Below are positions 21,760 to 24,251 of a DNA stretch of 24,251 nucleotides, piece after piece. Position 1 is the first letter of the stretch. Every line of letters begins with the position of its first letter. The position numbers were made by a program, and so were the translations under genes. The stretch is taken from positions 1 to 24,251 of the IMG/VR virus record IMGVR_UViG_3300027362_000069, one strand, 5' to 3'. The notes under the pieces were generated by a model. It was not told the origin of the DNA. It saw only the letters and a program-made list of their open reading frames with translations, and did not search any database. This DNA comes from a virus (Duplodnaviria; Caudoviricetes).

Positions 21760-22530
21760 GTGTCAGGATTCACTAAACTCTTCTCGACGATTATTCACTC
21801 GACGGTCTGGCGCGAGGACATGCACGTCAAGGTTGTCTGGGTGACGATGCTCGCGCTGGCCAACCGCAACGGCTGCGTCTTCGCATCGGTCCCTGGCCTT
21901 GCGGATGCCTCCAAGGTATCGCTCGATCAGTGCTTGGACGCGCTCGGCCGGTTGTCCTCGCCGGATAAATGGAGCCGCACGAAAGTCAATCAAGGCAGAC
22001 GGATACGGGAGGTCGACGGCGGGTGGGAACTCCTGAACTATCTCAAGTATCGGGAGAAGCGCGACGACGATGAGCGGCGAATTCAGACGCGCGCGGCTGT
22101 CGCTCGGCACCGTCAGAAGAAGAAAGACGACACGCTTACAGTAAGCCACAGTAAGCCACGGAAAGCCCAAGCAGAAGCAGAAGCAGAAGCAGAAGCAGAA
22201 AAGAGAAAGAGCGCACCGCGCGGACATGCTCAACATTCGTTCTGCGGTCAACACTTCTGCATCTCGCATCGGCAACACGAATTCTTCTCGCGCGAGCTCG
22301 GCGCCGCGGCGAGCGGGTTCGACTTACTCGGGGCGTATCAGCGCTGGGATCTCCGCACCGACCCGATCGACAACCTCTTGCCGTGGGTCAAGGCTCGTAT
22401 CGCCGAGGAGTTGCCGGCGGTAAAGAAACCGTCAAGCACGCAGGCCAAGCAGCACGTCGGGCAGGGGCCATCTCCGCGTGATCTGGAACTGATCGCGGAG
22501 TGGGAGCGGGAGCACGGGAAGAGAATATGA
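21760..22530 (+). CDS. Phage replication initiator (O-like / replisome organiser), about 256 aa
   Basis: FTKLFSTIIHSTVW...VWVTMLALA...SPDKWSRT...GRRIREVDGGWELLNYLKYR wHTH-type N-term, basic helix, repeat linker. ATG 21742 is an alternative start. Confidence 0.8.
   Translation: MSGFTKLFSTIIHSTVWREDMHVKVVWVTMLALANRNGCVFASVPGLADASKVSLDQCLDALGRLSSPDKWSRTKVNQGRRIREVDGGWELLNYLKYREKRDDDERRIQTRAAVARHRQKKKDDTLTVSHSKPRKAQAEAEAEAEAEKRKSAPRGHAQHSFCGQHFCISHRQHEFFSRELGAAASGFDLLGAYQRWDLRTDPIDNLLPWVKARIAEELPAVKKPSSTQAKQHVGQGPSPRDLELIAEWEREHGKRI
22134..22210. repeat. Putative replication origin: iterons plus (GCAGAA)5 and purine tract
   Basis: Palindrome GCTTAC-A-GTAAGC 22134-46; 10-bp period ACAGTAAGCC 22138, ACAGTAAGCC 22148, ACGGAAAGCC 22158; (GCAGAA)x5 22171-22200. 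Confidence 0.75.
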
Positions 22531-22721
22531 AGAACAGCCCAATAAACATTGACGAGCACAACTGGTTTTATGACGACGAGGACGGTCTTTTGATGGTCCA
22601 TGAGACCTATAAGGATGGTCGCCACATGCAGACGGACCAGTTCAAACTGCCGTGGCGTGCCCTGCGTGCAGCGTTGGCGAGGAAGGACAAGCGCAAGTCT
22701 CCACGTCGGAGCGCGGCATGA
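22527..22721 (+). CDS. Hypothetical protein, 64 aa
   Basis: ATGA overlaps at both ends. Confidence 0.7.
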   Translation: MKNSPINIDEHNWFYDDEDGLLMVHETYKDGRHMQTDQFKLPWRALRAALARKDKRKSPRRSAA

Positions 22722-22897
22722 GAGAGCCAGGCGACGAGTCGGAGGTCGAGCAGTCGGAGCCATTGGCGCCAGCGGCGGAGCGCGGATTCGTGGAGGCGTG
22801 CCAGCAACTGATCCGGGAGATTTGCGAGACACAGGACGTCAACGTCAAGGCCATGAAGCATCGGCAACTGACCGAACGGCTGATGAGGAAGCGGTAA
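22718..22897 (+). CDS. Hypothetical protein, 59 aa (REPGDE motif)
   Basis: SD GGAG; ATGA and TAATG overlaps. Confidence 0.7.
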   Translation: MREPGDESEVEQSEPLAPAAERGFVEACQQLIREICETQDVNVKAMKHRQLTERLMRKR

Positions 22898-23076
22898 TGG
22901 GGCATCACTGGACGAAACAGGAAGCGCGGCAGGCCAGCGAGAAGGGCCTCGTGACGCGCCGCAAGAAGATGTCCGGCCACCCCGAGGCGTATCGTCGCGG
23001 CTATCAGACGGGCTGGGCAGCGTGCGAGCGGTTCTATCGTCGGATGCGGCAGGCCCAGAAGCGGACAGCGGCATGA
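22897..23076 (+). CDS. Small basic protein, 59 aa (KGG-repeat-like HWTKQEARQASEKG; YRRGY..GW)
   Basis: SD GAGGA; TAATG and ATGA overlaps. Confidence 0.7.
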   Translation: MGHHWTKQEARQASEKGLVTRRKKMSGHPEAYRRGYQTGWAACERFYRRMRQAQKRTAA

Positions 23077-23189
23077 GCAAGGCGTGGCGTATTTGCGTGC
23101 GGTTCAAGGCGGGCCGGTCGTATGCGAGCTGTTGCCGGCAGTGGGGGCGCCACGTCGTGGATCGCGCGTTGCGGGCGGCGGCAGCGTGA
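23073..23189 (+). CDS. Small basic protein, 38 aa (not in ORF track)
   Basis: MSKAWRICVRFKAGRSYASCCRQWGRHVVDRALRAAAA*; ATGA and GTGA overlaps. Confidence 0.55.
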   Translation: MSKAWRICVRFKAGRSYASCCRQWGRHVVDRALRAAAA

Positions 23190-24091
23190 GCCTGATACGC
23201 GCGGATGCCAGGTGCCTGCCGCTGGTGGATGGCTGTGTTCAGACATGCGTCACGAGCCCGCCGTACTTCGGGCTGAGAGACTACGGGGCCAGTGGGCAGA
23301 TTGGCCTCGAGCCGTCGCCTGATGCCTACGTGCAGTCGCTGTTGACGGTGTTCGCGGAGGTGTGGCGGGTGCTGAAGGCTGACGGGACCGTGTGGCTCAA
23401 TCTTGGCGATAGCTACGCCAACCACGGGCATTCGTGTCCAGTGAGGAATAAAACGACTGCTGGTATGAGGACGGCTCCGCAGCCGTGGAAAAGCATGGAG
23501 GGTCAGAAAGCGAAAGACCTACTCGGCATCCCCTGGCGAGTCGCCTTCGCGCTCCAGGCGGCGGGCTGGTATCTCCGCTCAGACATCATCTGGAGCAAAC
23601 CCAACCCGATACCCGAGAGTGTGACGGATCGGCCAACGAAAGCGCATGAGTACATCTTTCTGCTGAGCAAGCAGGAGCGGTACTACTACGACGCGGAGGC
23701 CATCAAGGAATCGGTCAGTGGGACAGCACACGCACGCGGCTCTGGCGTGCATCCGAAAAGCGCGGAGCCGGGAAGTGGTATCAAGCAGAACAGTTCATTC
23801 AGCGCAGCGGTGCGCCATTTGGTCGATGACCGCAACAAGCGCAGCGTCTGGCACGTCGCCACGCAGCCGTACAGCGGCAGTCACTTTGCGACTTTCCCCG
23901 AAGCGTTGATCGAGCCCTGCATCCTGGCCGGCTCACGTCCTGGCGATCTGGTGCTGGACCCGTTTATCGGCAGCGGCACGGTGGGCGCGGTGTGCGAGCG
24001 GTTCGGGCGGCGATGGGTGGGGACGGACTTGAACTATCAGGGGCTGGCGAAGAAGCGCACGAAGCAGCGCGGGCTCAGGTTTTCAGTATGA
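23186..24091 (+). CDS. Beta-class amino-DNA methyltransferase (SPPY; probably N4-cytosine), 301 aa
   Basis: CVTSPPYFGLRDY, WLNLGDSY, IIWSKPNP, HEYIFLL, HFATFPEALIEPCI, VLDPFIGSGT. GTGA start at 23186. Confidence 0.93.
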   Translation: MSLIRADARCLPLVDGCVQTCVTSPPYFGLRDYGASGQIGLEPSPDAYVQSLLTVFAEVWRVLKADGTVWLNLGDSYANHGHSCPVRNKTTAGMRTAPQPWKSMEGQKAKDLLGIPWRVAFALQAAGWYLRSDIIWSKPNPIPESVTDRPTKAHEYIFLLSKQERYYYDAEAIKESVSGTAHARGSGVHPKSAEPGSGIKQNSSFSAAVRHLVDDRNKRSVWHVATQPYSGSHFATFPEALIEPCILAGSRPGDLVLDPFIGSGTVGAVCERFGRRWVGTDLNYQGLAKKRTKQRGLRFSV

Positions 24092-24251
24092 AGATTAGCC
24101 TGCCCATGCAGTTCGCGGTTGCGAAGGTGCCCAAGCCTGTCACGGAGTACCGCTTCGACACGAACGGCCGGCGCTGGCGGTTTGACTACGCCTGGCCTGA
24201 GAAGAGTCTCGCGCTGGAAGTGGACGGCGGCGGGTTTGTCAATGGGCGGCA
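24088..24251 (+). CDS. DUF559/Vsr-like PD-(D/E)XK endonuclease (3' truncated)
   Basis: Hand translation MKISLPMQFAVAKVPKPVTEYRFDTNGRRWRFDYAWPEKSLALEVDGGGFVNGR...; ATGA overlap. Confidence 0.8.
   Translation, partial: MKISLPMQFAVAKVPKPVTEYRFDTNGRRWRFDYAWPEKSLALEVDGGGFVNGR

Larger units (their letters stand above)
1..24251. mobile_element. Tailed phage/prophage genome segment (siphovirus-like; late morphogenesis-lysis module and early recombination-replication module)
   Basis: Continuous, tightly coupled phage-type genes (connector, closure, gp10-like, terminator, tube, chaperone, tape measure, endolysin, SSAP, initiator, MTases). No host genes or att sites seen. Confidence 0.95.

Noticed and set aside
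22171-22200. (GCAGAA)5 as a phase-variation tract
   Set aside because: A 6-nt unit cannot shift the frame; better explained as the initiator linker/origin repeat.

Overview
High-GC fragment of a tailed phage or prophage with siphovirus-type, HK97/SPP1-like neck and tail genes. No host housekeeping genes, integrase, CI-like repressor, tRNA or CRISPR array were recognised. Left part (+ strand, 1-15489) is the late region: the end of a head-associated protein with a collagen-like tail, a four-gene glycosylation cassette (Maf/DUF115-like, CgeB-like, GT2, SAM methyltransferase) inside the morphogenesis operon, head-tail joining genes, tail tube, a chaperone with a -1 frameshift, tape measure, one large tail-tip gene, a lysis region (two membrane proteins, GH108 endolysin, an unknown 719-aa protein with a likely internal start, holin-like gene) and a beta-helix protein. 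Back-to-back sigma70-type promoters at about 16080-16190 drive three small leftward ORFs and a rightward early operon: Cro-like HTH, many small ORFs, a single-strand annealing protein, a C5 DNA methyltransferase, a replication initiator with internal iterons, an N4C/N6A methyltransferase and a truncated DUF559-like nuclease. The most unusual locus is the C5 methyltransferase (19836-21188), which appears dual-coded over about 1.2 kb. Its +1 frame encodes a beta-type partner with motif IX and three repeated WPT modules, followed by a complete HNH endonuclease nested without breaking the methyltransferase frame. All protein family calls come from motif recognition by eye, not database searches.
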